A stretch of 64,000 nucleotides of DNA from Yuukianura sp. NJ FZ-2021 (taxonomy: Eukaryota), in the NCBI GenBank assembly GCA_046563655.1, contig CM102283.1, forward strand, positions 9,114,001-9,178,000. The letters run 5' to 3'. Of this stretch, positions 28,190 through 42,192 are shown piece after piece (position 1 is the stretch's first letter; every line of letters starts with the position of its first letter). Under the pieces are notes generated by a model, which was not told the DNA's origin, made no database searches, and saw only the letters and a list, made by a program, of their open reading frames with translations. The position numbers were made by a program, and so were the translations under genes.

Positions 28190-28688
28190 ACGACCACTTA
28201 CAACTCTTCCAACCACCTACAACTTTTCCGACCACCTACAAAAATTCTCCGACCACTACAACTTTTCCGACCACCTACAAATTCTCCGACCACTACAACT
28301 TTTCCGACCACCTACAAATTCTCCGACCACTACAACTTTTCCGACCACCTACAAATTCTCCGACCACTACAACTTTTCCGACCACCTACAAATTCTCCAA
28401 CCACTACAACTTTTCCGACCACCTACAAATTCTCCAACCACTACAACTTTTCCGACCACCTACAAATTCTCCGACCACCTACAAATTCTCTGACCACCTA
28501 CAAATTCTCCCACCACTACAACTTTTCCGACCACCTACAAATTCTCCAACCCCCTACAAATTCTCCAACCACCTACAAATTCTCCCACCACTACAACTTT
28601 TCCGATCACTACAACTTTTCCGACCACCTACAAATTCTCCGACCATCTACAAATTCTCCGACTACTACAACTTTTCCGACCACCTACA
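28190..28688. repeat. Minisatellite, 37-bp unit made of 19-bp and 18-bp subunits (CCGACCACCTACAAATTCT + CCGACCACTACAACTTTT)
   Basis: Unit starts at 28267, 28304, 28341 and 28378 (period 37); subunit order becomes irregular after about 28470. Confidence 0.95.
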
Positions 28689-31600
28689 CCCGCGTTTCAT
28701 GGTGTAACAAACAATGCGTTTTAAGTGGGGTTTGGACTAAATGTGAAAAAAATTCGTTTGAAAGGCCCCGCCCTTCCTTCATTTCCAAAAAGTTCAAAAA
28801 CCAGAGTTCAATACCATGCAAATTTTTTGTGTTTCTGCAAAAGTACAAAGTAACAAGGTTCAAAAAGAATGAGTTTAGAAGGGTTGCGCAAGGGCGACCC
28901 CCGTGGCAGTGCCCTTGAATCCCCTTGTTCCTGCGTAGGTTCTGCTTTGTACCAAATCAAGCTGTTCCTCTTGAAAAGTTGAGTTAGTAATTAAATCAGA
29001 AGTGAAGGGCTCCCTAATAGCCACCTTGCGCAAAAAGAGTGAAGGGCCTCAACTGTACCTCAAAATTACTAATTACCAAAAAATCAAAAAGAAACAAGAA
29101 ATTGCATTGCTACAACCAAAATTTGGCAGTACTACTGCCAGTAACTTTTAAGTTGGTGGAGGTTAAGTTTTAAAGTAACGTAAAGTGGCTACTCTAAGCT
29201 AATTGTTTCACATAACATGTTATCACACCCATCCTTTACAGTAAAACATAACCATAAAGTACATCATCCCAACCTACCCAATGAGAGGATATCATAAAGT
29301 TGTTGCAAAAATGCAATTGTTGCAAAAACGTTTTTGCAAATCTGGTTTACCCTGATTGTTAATTGAACGACAGGCTCCTTGGTCTATTTGATTTGCAGAG
29401 ACGTTTGCCGCTCTTTCAAAGTTCAGTGACAACAGTCTCAAAATTACAGCTTTCAAAAAATGCTCGAACTTTTAACAAAAACTCAAGAAATTTTATGCTT
29501 TTTACAAACTACTTCTAACCATGAACTCGATAGAAAACAAGAATCAAACTTTTGGTAAAAATCAAATGATAATTAAATTACTTTAAAAAAGTGCTTTTAG
29601 CACCTAAATAGCAGACTAAAAACATTAATTGGATAAATTGCACATTGGAAGGGGACCTACTAATGAGCAGATTAGCGGATCAGGGACATCTTCTCCATTT
29701 TTACGATTGTTTTGTTACAGCTTCACAGCATTTGAAATTTGCGCATCTCCATTTCTACCAATGCTGTTCAATTTATGCAAACTCATGAACTCGTTATGAA
29801 AACTGCAATTCTGTTCAGGAACACTTTTGAAAAATATCCTTCAATCAATTAAGCTAATCCTTGTCCAAGTGCATGCATAGAATGCAAGACAATGGAGATG
29901 CGCAAACTGTAAAAAAAAGTGTATTGGCATAGAGTATAAAAAATAGAGTTCTGCGCAGCGGCCGGAGACCATGGGAAGACAAAGAGGTAAACATGAAAAA
30001 TGAGCCAATTGTCATCACATTCAGATTCAAAATGTTATTTTTAGCATTTGGGAAAAGTTCATGTCCTCTCACAATGGAAATTCTAAATTTGGAATACAAA
30101 GTCGTGAAAAATTTAAGAAGATTCGCCTTCATGTGATACGCGATCTCACAATGACACAAGTGAAAAGAAAATATTTGAGTTTTGACTATTTTTGCTTTCA
30201 CTTTCACACTGTTTTGCTTCAGGGGTGTTCCCGCGTTTCCTTTCAAGAATTATTTTCGCTCCTCCTTTGAAAAGTTCGAATTTAAAAGAAAGCGCGACAC
30301 CCAAATGACAAAAAAATTTATATATCACGATTGTTCCGTTTTAATTAAAATCCTCCAAAATTAGACATCTTAATGAAAATACAATTATAACAAAATGTCA
30401 TCTGTTTTCAACTTTTGCTGATTCGACATTCCCGAAAAGGAATTTGGTGAAAATCAAAATTCGCAATCACAACTTTTGTTGTTGATTTCGAAATCCAAAT
30501 TCTCTAAATAACTTCTTAGCGCCCACTTTCCAAAGATCTTTTACGGTACTAGGACTTCACATAGCATCTTTACGGTAACTCCTAAGACGTCCAATGTCAA
30601 AACTCAACTTTTGAAGAACATTGAAAAAAATCTCGTCACTGACTCGACAAGAAAGTGGCACCTCTCTAAATCTTCAAAATTTAAAACGGTACAAGCACTA
30701 CACTGGCGTCCGCTGGGGCTGCGCCGAAACGGAATATCGTCCAAATTCAAACTTTTTTAAACGGCAGAACAATGGGGAGCAAAATGGCATAAATGGAGTT
30801 TCCCGCGATAATTTTAAACTTTCACATTTAGTGGATCAAGTGTACAAGTTGTTGAGGATGTCTAATGAGCCCCACTTTGTCTAGCTCTAACAATGTTAGA
30901 CATTAGAGTAAATTAATAACAATGACGAGGCAGGGCTAAAAAAGAGATTTGAAACCCATGTTGGGATGGGTGCTGCTTAAAACGGGATTTGGCTTACAAA
31001 AGTTTACTAACAAAGGAAGGTCTAGAACACCACGCAACAATCAATAACAATACAAAAACATAATGTAAAAAATAGCCTTCACAATTAGATCTGATCTTGA
31101 GCCGAATCAGTCGCAATATCTTTGACGTAAGTAGTTCGATCGTGAAATTCAAATCAAAAGGAGAGTCGAGAGGGTGATAATGACTTACGCAACACTTTTC
31201 ATTAGTATAGAAGGAAAAAGTCATTTGGAATGAAATCGACTTTTTGGCATTTCGAATCAAATGGATTTTTTGACATTTCGAATAAAATGGACTTTTTCTT
31301 ATTTTGTAATTTCCAACCTCCCGCCAACACTTTTTGTATGCAGGTTGGTACATTTCAAAATTTTAACTGCGAGAATCGAATTGGGCACTGACACGTTTTG
31401 GCTCCGCCAGTTCAATTTAACTTTTCGTTCCACTCAACGCTCTATTGCTAATTGGAATGGACGTACTCACATGCGCACTGCTAAAAATTTTTTTCTAATT
31501 TTCATTTTCAATTGCCCCCAAAGGCAAAACTTTGTTCAAAAGTCAAAATTTGCAAAATCTATTTACTCGTTTTCCAAATAAGGAGCTCAGATTAGTCTCT

Positions 31601-34544
31601 GTCACCCCTTCATTTTTGTAATTTGAGTCAATAAATTAAGCCAAAATTGTAAAAAAAATCAAAATTTTGAAAACGAAATATTTGCCAAAAGTCAAATGCT
31701 TGACCCCATTGATTCCACTACCCGCCCTGCCCCACTTTGCCCAAAAATTTGTACCAATTCACTTTCTTCACGAAAAAAAACAACATTTTTCATTCACCAT
31801 TCAACATTGTTATCTCAGTGTAAAATCGGTGCAAATCTTTGTTCTACTGAAACTTTCTTTTGGCAAAGTCCGCCGTTCACGTTCCACCCAACCTTAAACA
31901 ATTTTTGCCCATGCGCCAAAATTTTGAAAATTACAGCTTAATATTCGACATTTCTCATTTTCGCGTAGGTTAACACAATCTGTTCACGTATCATATTCCT
32001 TCCTACCTTAACATGAACTGAATATTGAAATTTTCAAAATTTAAATCAAAACGTTCCGATTGGTTCAAAATGGAAATCAACATGCAAAATTTCTGCGTGT
32101 GCCAAAAACGTCCTTTCTAAATCATGAAAAGCAGAAATCTTAGAGAAACGCCCTTTGGTACGAATACATCAGCCGAAGGTCATGCTTGAGTTGATTGATT
32201 TGTTGGTTTCAAAGTGACGTTGTACGGCACATTTTCGTTAGTTAGCTCATTTGAGTCTTTCAATCAATTACTACTACCGACGTCTTTGTAAAAATATTGA
32301 TGATTACTACTAACTGCAAAAGCATCAAGGTGAAGTCAACCGAGGAGAGATTTTGCAACAACTGCAAAAAAAGATCAAGAAAAAAATCTCCACCCAAAAT
32401 CTAGTTCAACCGTCCGTACATGGTATATTTTCTACACATCAAATTCAAAACTTACACACTGCGCTGCTCAAACATGAACCTCTGTTCATAGTTTTTACGC
32501 AACTCCAATTGGCAATCATGAGAGGCTAATGGACTCTAACTTCTATTTTTATAACTCTATAACTTCTGTTATAGTCTCACTCCCTGTCAACTTCAAATGG
32601 ACGACAATTTTGATTTATGACGACTATCAGAAGCTGAATCAATTCAGAAGAAAGTCATTGCCCAAAACCACACTGAAGTTAGTTTAACATAACCTATTTC
32701 AGATGATGCGCAACGTTAATTAAAATCGGCTAACTTTTTAGATTATGATTGATTTCCTGAGATCGACGACATAACATGCCTACAGCAGCAAATTCGCGAA
32801 ATGTGCGAATTTCAAAATACCGAAATTCAAAAATTTGAAGAGACAAACGAATACTAAAAATTCTGGTCACATGTTCAAATAATCAAAGCAATCGTTCACT
32901 CTGTCAGTTTCACTCCATGGTTTTCAATTTTCAATAATAATGACATTAGCATCAAGTGACATGGGATTAACACCTTTCTCCTCTGCATTAACTACTCTAT
33001 TGTTCCATCGACACTTTTCAAACATCACATGTTACGGCAGAGATCACATTGCAAAGATGTTTGCAAAAAGTTTCGCACGTTATTTGCAAACCAACTACTC
33101 AAACAATCATCAAATTCCAAATATTACCGCTCAACCTACCGCTAAACTCAATCTAAACTATTCAATTTCCATCCATTTTTTCGGCATTTGGCAAATAAGA
33201 AAAAACCATAAGACTTCCATTTACAAAATTTTATGTACAAAATTTTATGTAGGAGAAAATGTTTCCAAAACGAGCCAAAAGAAATTTTAACACGCAAATT
33301 CAAACTACAAACTTTGTAAAGTTTTTCAGAAAACACGTCAGGTTGCAAATATCTAACTTTTTTTTTGCTTTTCCAAAAATACTGGAAAATTTGCCTAGAG
33401 CAAAATTATGAACAAAAATTACAACAGTAGACAAAACCTAAGTTATTAGTTTTTCACCCGAAACGATGTCTAGAGTCATTCTTTTTAGTTTTTACTGCAA
33501 AATTTTTGTGTACAGTCAAAAAACCTTCAAAATTTTGAAATTTTGGCTGCAATTCTGAATTCAAAAGTTGTTTTAAGTTGAACAAGGACTACAGGATTCA
33601 GTTTTACAATAATTTGAAGGAAAAACGTCATTGTTTAGACCTCATCTTCGCATAAATTACATTACACTCCTCATCTTCACCAAAATCCTTATTGTTATTT
33701 TGCTAAAGTTGAAAATGCAGTGATTTCCATTTCATTGTTTACTGCACTTCTGCTTAAGGAATTACCTCGTTTCTAATGAAAAGGAAAAGAAGAGGACCGG
33801 TTCCTATTGGTGTCAAACCAAATGAAAACGAAACGTCCACCTTAGCCACTTACACTTTTAGTCCTATAAAATTATACTAAACTCAATTATTATTATACAC
33901 TATAAATTTAAAAGTTAAAATAATTTGAGTAGTCATCTTCTCTCTACAAGGAAGATGAGAGAACAATGCGACCAAGAAAGTTGCATAACCAAAGTCCTAC
34001 TTGCTTTTAAATCCATCTTTCAACAAAAACGCCCACAAAACACACAAACTCACTTTTTACTCTTGTGTGCAAATTTCAATTTTTCTGCTTCTTTTCATAA
34101 AATTTTACTTTGCAACCTTAAAAATTTGTTTCCAAGCAGTTTCAAAAGTTTTGACGCCATTTTTTGAAAAAAATAAGGTCAGAGTGACTATTTTTAGGAT
34201 CACGGTAAGGTTTGTGTTCCAGTTGGAAAGAAACTGAAAGTTTCACTTCAGTTTTTCAATTTCATTTCTCATCTAACCTAAGAAGCATCTTCTTTTTCTT
34301 GTTCTGCCTCACCTCCCTTCGTCCATTAAGTCAAAAACATGAATGAATATGGGAACAATAACCCAGTGGCACAACAACCTAATTATCCTGATTCTTCATA
34401 TACAGCAACACCAATCAACTATGACACAGAGACACGTTCAAAAACATTACAACACCTTCTAGCCAAATTTCTCTCGAAACGATCAAAATCCAAAAGTCAC
34501 TTTGGTAAAACAATTCAATATCAACAAAGCAGGCGTGATTCAAT

Positions 34545-34700
34545 TTCTAATACCGATTTTCCTACTTCTGACATTCTCTAATTCGATTTTCCACTTCTGA
34601 AACTCTCTAAATCTGATTTTCCACCTTTCGAAATTTCAGATTTTCCAACTTCTGAAATTCTCTAATTCGGTTTTCCAACTCCTGAAATTCGCTACTCTAA
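34545..34700. repeat. Degenerate tandem repeat of about 30 bp
   Basis: About five variants of CTCTAATTCGATTTTCCAACTTCTGAAATT. Confidence 0.7.
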
Positions 34701-34839
34701 ACTAATATTTCTAATGTCCTAATGCGTCGCTAATGTGGACTACAATTTGAACAATTATCATCAACTCCACATTTGCATCCAAGAAAACCGAAAACCATTT
34801 TCACTTTCTGTCCAAACACGGAAAATTTTAAGGTCTTAC

Positions 34840-34986
34840 CTTTAAATCAAGATCCGAAAAAATCCAGCGATCCGTAGATCAGAAATCCAAAAAGTGAACA
34901 AAGTCCGAGTGTTTCGGGAACTAACTCTTTTCAGAACAAATTCCACTACTCACTTTGAATTCTTGAAAACTTGTTTCGCAGACTGA
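34840..34986 (-). promoter_or_regulatory. Putative internal promoter and non-coding alternative first exon of the expansion-family gene
   Basis: Arthropod initiator TCAGTC at 34981-34986 (minus strand), followed about 145 nt later by a consensus donor AAG|gtaaga at 34839. Confidence 0.5.
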
Positions 34987-37900
34987 AATTTTGAAAATCC
35001 TATTTTCCAAAAAGTGAACTTCAGATATTTTGCAAGGGAGATGATGGGAGAGCGTCCTTCCTGTGAGATGGAAGGAAAGAAACTAAGGAGGCATGAGAAA
35101 CTGAACATTCGAAGGCACAACTCCAACCATTTCTTCCCTTGCAAAATTCCCCTGCTTCACTCCTTGGCAATTTTCCTTCACGAAACACCAAGGAACTGAT
35201 CCAAATCTAACCAAAAGTAAGATTGAACTTCAGCTGCATATTCAAACTGGACACAAGTTAGGCAAATCAATGCAAAAACTAAACTTTTTCCAGGAAATTT
35301 GCAAATCCAAAGTGATTTTCAACCAAACTAAAAAAAATCTTGTCTACTACCAATTCCTTGCTATTTCTGATGCATTCCTGAAGAATCAGGAATTGCGTCA
35401 AAATGTTTTTTAAAAATCCTGAAACAGATAAAGAATGAACTCCGGAAAACTTTACAAAAAAATTAAGCCGTTCAAATAATTTTTTACGTGGCGCGGAAAG
35501 CAATTTGAGAATCTCTTTAGTTCTGGAGCTTTTTACATCAAAAAACTTGAAAAGCAAGAAAAAACGAATTATGGATTTGGAAATGACTTTCCAGCAGAAA
35601 AAAGTCGTGACTCAGAAATGCAGAAGGGATTATGGTGGAACTGCACATTTTGGTTTTTACAACAAAAAAAAATCATCATTTTTCTCTTTTTTCAACAAAA
35701 TCTTACAAAAATGTTCAACATTCGGAGAAAAGCAGACCCAAAGCGTTGCAAATCTTTGCAACAAACTCAAAAACAACCTTGCCAACGTCCTTGGCGTTTT
35801 GTTAAAAAGTCCCGGGGGAAATACGAAATTATACAATCGTTGGTAGTAATTATACCCACAGCGTAACAATGGAAATGGAAAATATTTTGGACTTGCGGTT
35901 TTAAAACATTCCGATCTCCATCTCTCTCCCACTTTCTCAAAACCATTGTTATTTTACCCTCTCAAATTATTCCTACAATTCAACTGTAATTGCATACATT
36001 CTGCTCCACAAAAATTCAAAATATCCCTCCGGCCCAATCTCTTCAAAATACAAGAAAAAAGACAACTCCAGTTCAAAAAACAACACGTGAAATTTTAGAG
36101 AAGAAATCCATAGCTACTCCAACGCACTTTTTCTTCCAAAACTCTTCGAAATTTTGTTTTTGACATTTAAAAAAGTGAAAACATGGAAATTTGAAATTAG
36201 CTCATCAGCTAGCCGTTACAATGCACGCGTCACGTTTCGGTTTTCGTTCCGTATAAGGCTAACAAAGTTTTCGTTTGTTAATCTTTTAAAAATTATTAAC
36301 TCACGTACTGTCCATTCAGCACATAAATCAAAGTGGTTTAACTTTTTCGAATAATTTTTTTTTCCAAAAACTTGCTTCCTAACACAATTTCTCAAAAAAT
36401 CGGAAACTAACAAACGGTTTTCATCCATGACAAAAACAACAACAAATTTTCTCAATTTTTCAACTAAAAAGCGTAACGTCAAAGTCAAAATTATCCTGTA
36501 AAACACACAGCTTCAAAAAATAAGACAAAAACCTCAAAATTCGAAATTTAAGTTGATGCTACTTTGAAATTTGGTTACAGCAGAACCGCATGCGAAAACA
36601 GACGCACTAAACATTGCCAGTTTTAACACGACTTTCCTGAACACTTTCCGTTTTTGAAATTTTACAAAACCAAAACTCTTTAATCAGAGAAAGCGGCAAG
36701 ATTACAATTTTTTCGAAATTCGGAAAACCAAATTCTCTTCCCTGAAGTTCACTTTTGTTTTCAACACAAGTCAAAAAATTCATGGTCACTTTCATTTTTT
36801 TTCTTCAAAATTTAGAGCAACCATCACCACCCGCCGCGTATATTTCTATTCAAAACCCAAATCCAAAAAAATTTCAATTTTCCATCCAATTTCAAAATTT
36901 GTAAAGAACACGGAAGTTGTTGATTGTTTTTTAAGTGAAAGCTTTTAGCCTAAACTTTAATAATTTCCTGGGCCTCTCCTTTTTAATTACTCTTTAAGTC
37001 TTTACAAAGTTTACACATGATCGGAATACACAGATTAGCCACCTATTGTCTCATCTTAAGATGATTTTCGCACTTTTGATTACACTCTTGTTCATGTCAA
37101 GTACATGACATATGACCAATCTGTCCCAACATGACTACCCAAAATTAAAATTATTAAAACCAAACACAATTTCCCTTCAGGCAAATTCAACAACTTTATA
37201 CCCAATTTTTCTTCCTTTTTTGCAATGTTGATCCAATTTTCAAAAATTTTGCAATTCAGCAGCACGCGCAAAAAATTGGACACAAAATAAATCATCTTCC
37301 AAAAACAGTGCTGACAAATTTTCCCCCAGAGCGAAACAAATTCAAAACGAAAAAAAAACAACAACAAAATGCAACTTTTATAAAAATTTGAGTTGTCTGG
37401 TGACATAATCGTAAGGATTTGCACAATACACGAAAAATTTGCATCGCAAATCGAGTTGGCAAAAAAAAATTGCAAAAAAGTGACATTCCTGTTCAAGAAT
37501 AGGTCAAGTACAAGTGCAAAAAAGCCAAATGACACATGAACCTTATGGTCATGAAGCACAATTCTTCTGCTCATGCGCATCATTGTCATTGTTTTTTTCA
37601 AGTTCGCATAAAATAGCATTAGTTAAGTCATAGAAATTTAAAATTATGACTAATTTTTCCATATTTTGTATAATTTGGATAAAAAATAAATTGGAAAATT
37701 AAGGGATTTAACCTTTTTGAACAGGTTTCAATTATAAAAGTTAATTTGAGCACAGAAAAACAAGGAAAAAACGCGTGCCTGACATTGACCCACTAAAATC
37801 AAATCATCATAATCACTAATACTTCTAAATGACAATCAAAATAATCTCGAGAGATTTTTTTACAAGATTTTCGCGCTATCCAAAATTGAAAAAAAGGCAT

Positions 37901-40831
37901 CATAAACTTCCTGCTGTGTAAAAGGAAATGTCAGTTTTCTTTTAATTTGCGCAGGGTGAGATCAAAAGTGATCTCCATATTGTCAATTTCCTGAATCTCC
38001 TTAATTGCACAAAAATTTAAAAAGTGTCGCCACTCTGGTGACCTTTTACGTCACCTCAAAATATAAAATGAACGTCACTCCTGACCTAGTTTTTTTGCAA
38101 TCCAATTTGCCATAAAAACAATTAGCATTGGATTTAACCACCTAATCAACACGAATCATCACCACCCTACTCAAATTGACTTAACAGCCGTTAATCATCC
38201 ATGGTTCTTTTTTCCGTTTCAATTTTTAACAATCCTACCTCATCGTTTGTTTAAAAATTTGCCAATTTGAGCATCCGTAACGAATTTATGCTCGTTAAAT
38301 TGCACGCAGAGTCACACATTAACAAAAGTAAAAAAGGAAAAGTACAAGCATAAAAAAAGTAAAAGCTAATTTCCTATTTTCGGCTACTTTTTTTGATAAA
38401 AAAGTTTTTTTGAAAACAAAAATTTGACATTTTTTTGTCACTTTTTTGCAACATGTAGAGCGGAAATTCATAAATTCTTGTGCCTGTCATCTTCTCTGCA
38501 CGAGGCGGACATGCGTATCGGAAAACGACACAAACAATGTGGACATTTCACTTTTTTCAAAATTTCTTCACTTTTTTCAAAAATGTTCAACATTGTTGGT
38601 AACTAATTTACTAAAAAGTGAACATGATCTTTGCAATCTCATCGCTTTCTCATAACGTTAATAGCTCCGCAATGAAATTGAAATTGAGCTTCGTCTTGTA
38701 CATGATGGCTTAAGAGCACAATAAAACCTTGAAAATTCCCTCGTTATGTACAGCACTGTCCAAAATAATCAATTTTTTAGATCTTTGCGGTTGAATCATC
38801 ATTTAGGACAACACACTCGTACTATCACTCATAAAAATTATTTCTAATAAAACTAATTGTGATAAACCTCTAAAATAAAAGTTTGCCATTTCTCAGAATC
38901 AGTCACCCGTACAATCCCAACTTCCCAAAATTGCAAACGTTTCCTTTTCCACATTTTACAGAAATACTAAACTTTGCAAGGAAAAGCTTAACTTTCAAAG
39001 TCTACTGCTGAAATTTGTGAAATTGGAAATTGAAATGTTGCCAATTCCACTCCTTAGCCACAACCATTTTGTGCAAATTTTATGCAAAGAAGTCGTCTGT
39101 GCAGAAATTGCAGAAGAAGATTCAGGAAAGTGAGTCCAACTGGGTCAAGGTCTCCGGGAGTCAGACAGTTGATTAGTCACAGAATGAAATTACAACTCAA
39201 ATGATACACCCCTCACCCCCTACTCTCCAAATTGCAAAATTGCAAAATCCAATTTTAATTTGACCTGTCTCTCATCTGCGGATTGCAAATTGCTCATTTG
39301 CAAATTTCAACGTCAGCCGCAAATGCTCCTCTTTCAGTTGCACAAGCTAAAAAATGATCTGCTTTGCATGTGTTAACAAGCGCAGAATTTTGCATCAGTT
39401 GCAGCAAAAATAGTGAATCAGGTAAATCTCATCTTAGAGATAAATTACGGTATTTGTGTAACGAATTTGTAAATGTTTGCAAACTAAACCAGAGAATTGC
39501 AAAAGATAAACTCACGTTAACGCCACAGGCATAAGCGGCTTCCGACAAAAGCCGAATGTCAAAATATGTAAATACAAATGCTCTAACTTTTTAACTAAAG
39601 TTGGGATAAAAATTAAGTTAATTAGTAAACTTAATTAAATATAATAAAATGCTGCAGGGCCTGATTCCATTGTCGAAAAGGAATAACAATTATTAATCAA
39701 CACGGAACAAATTATCGTTTAAAGAAAAGTTAATGGGGGATGGGCGTTTTCTTTACACCAACAAAACAACTGAATCAGTTAAAATAATAATTTTGCACTA
39801 GAAAAAAAACTAGTAAATGTATAACAACTCCTTTATGTTTCTCCGCAATTAGTTAATTTCGCGGAAGTATTAAAAACAATAGAAACAAATTGGTGAGAAC
39901 AAAAAAGTCGAAAAACTGTAGGGTGCTAAATTTTGTCGGAAATTTGTAATTTAAAATTTAAACTAACATATAAAATTTTCAGATTATTGACGACTTTCAG
40001 AAATTCAAAAACACTTTACCTTGTTTTTCCGCATTTTTTTTCTTTTTCCTCAAGGCCGAAAAACAACTTTCCCTGATTCAATTTACATTTCAAAATTTCT
40101 TTCAAAATTTTCCAAAAATAGGAAATTTCTTGGAAGGCCGAAGAGATATTCAAGGATACCTCAATCAAAACACTATTCCACCGTTTTGTATTCAAGGCTA
40201 CGCTGAACATGTAATAAGCACCGTTTCCTTAATGACCTTTACACAAATCGTAAACAACTTTCAGTTAGGTTAGGTTGGACAATACCGTTTAACTTTAAAT
40301 AAAATCTAAAAAAAATTGTAACAACAAAAGAAATTCTTCCGCGTCACTCAAATTTTACGTTCACATTCCGCTCTAAATTTCAATTTCCGCAAAAACATAT
40401 GAGTTAACGCCCCCGCCCCAAACAACATACGAAAAAACAGTGTTGGTTGTCGAGATCAATTAGAAGTAACGTTTTGCATTGAAAATCAGAGAGATTAATG
40501 ATCAGAGATGCGGTCAATTGATGAACGATCAAGATCTGGTCAAAATTATTTTTACATTTGCGTTACACGCTGAGAATGTTAAGTTTAAGGTTGTTGATAC
40601 AGTTTATCTTTAAAATCAAGCGCCCTTAGCTCCTCCTGTGACAGCTGAATGGTCAACACACGTTGCTTCCTGCTTTAAATTTTTTGCAAGCTTTAAACTT
40701 TGTTTCAAGTGCTAAAGGAAAAGGTGAATGTTCTGTCTCTGTCCAGAAAAAGTGCTAAAGTGGCTCAACAATGGAGAGATGCGGAATGTCATGGCGTTTC
40801 CTCAGAGATAAGAGCAGGAGCTCCGGGTTTA

Positions 40832-40935
40832 CCGTAAAACTTCTGATGTAAGCCTGGGCTACTATTTATTTTCGGCGCCTGGCTTATTCTAGAGGCTTAT
40901 GCTTCTCTTGGGAATGTGTTTTTGAAGTTTTACCG
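40832..40935. mobile_element. Degenerate TA-flanked MITE with CCGTA-like termini, 104 bp
   Basis: ta|CCGTAAAACTTC ... GAAGTTTTACCG|ta; 11 of 12 bases match as an inverted repeat. Confidence 0.55.
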
Positions 40936-41890
40936 TAACGTATGTAGATGGTGATCTAAAATAAGAAACAACAATGGAATGAAGTGTGAAAAATGAAGTG
41001 CGAATGAACTTAACATCGTCATTTTTAATTCAACGACGAGATGATGAACGGCGTTCAAGAGTGGAGAGATGTTTTGCAATTAAAAAGATGAAAGCAAAAA
41101 GTAAATAGAAACTAAAACCGAGATAAGTTGAGGACAAGATCACAATGAATTTAAAAAAGTGCATAGTTTGACAGTGCAAATTCTGACATTCTGAAAACTT
41201 ACAACTTAGGAATGTTATCTAAATTTTAGTTCAGTTCATAAACCTTGACACATAGGTCACTGACACCCTTAATTATCAATTACCAGTAGCATCTAGAGCC
41301 TCGGTTCGTCAAAAAAGTGCAATTTTGTGCAGAAAATAATCAAAACAGGTTCAATTACGAAAAAGAATTTGGAGAAACGAAGACGTGAACTTGTCAATCA
41401 TTGTACAAAACCAATAAGGATATCAACCTTGGTATAAATTTCCAAAATTGTTCAACGGCAGTGAATATTTTTTTGAAGATGGTGACCAGCACCACGCCCG
41501 ACTAGAAGTCAATTTCCATTTTACGAATCATAATGTTCAATTTTAGAGCGTTACTGTACTGATACAAGATGCTGATACTGTGGTGACATGGAATTGTAAT
41601 GATTAATTGAATCCAAGTGACATTGAAATGTCAAAAGAAGTCAATTGAAGTAAAAAAAAAAAGTTAACAAGTCAATCTGAACGAAGTGACGACGTCTCTT
41701 GATAAGCGACTAAAAGTTCCGGCCTACGCTCGTCGTTTCCCATGATTTGCTCATGTTTGATTTCTTCGTTTCTGTTAATCATGAAAGGTCAACAGATCAC
41801 GAGTAATTAAAAGTAACTGGCACATGATGAGTCAAGTTGACACTGTCGACGTACCACCTTGGAAAAAACAAGATAGAGACTTTTGCTTAC

Positions 41891-41934
41891 CTTTGACTGA
41901 GGGTCCTCTTAATTTTGTGTTGAAGCGTCCACAT
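41891..41934 (-). CDS. exp: Expansion/Rebuf-family gene, putative upstream coding exon (MWTLQHKIKRTLSQ-R), part of exon 41891-42039
   Basis: CAAA-ATG at 41934; 44 nt end at a strong donor AAG|gtaagc. Splicing to the acceptor at 27596 keeps the frame open (R-STVDRTPQQRSTT) into MVSRRK. The exon has a tttag acceptor at 42040-42041. Confidence 0.7.
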
Positions 41935-42192
41935 TTTGATGGGTGATGCTGTCGGTGATGAAAACGGTGCGATGACTTTAAGCAGTAGTAGCGTTGAGCG
42001 TCGTCGTCAATTAATCACTGAGCAAATCTTCCTCTTTACCTAAAATGTACAAAAATCACAATCTTGAATTCATGACCAACATATTCCAAGTTATTAATGA
42101 GCTTAAAAACGTCTTCTCCGCTGTCACTGTCACGCACAGGTCATGCAAGTCATAACTTTTCACACTTGGAAGTTTTTAGAAACAGAACGTAC

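Noticed and set aside
28144-28918. ORFs of 187 aa and 252 aa, and a CRISPR-like look to the repeat
   Set aside because: The ORFs result from a stop-free 37-bp tandem unit cycling through frames. There are no unique spacers and no cas genes, and the DNA is eukaryotic.
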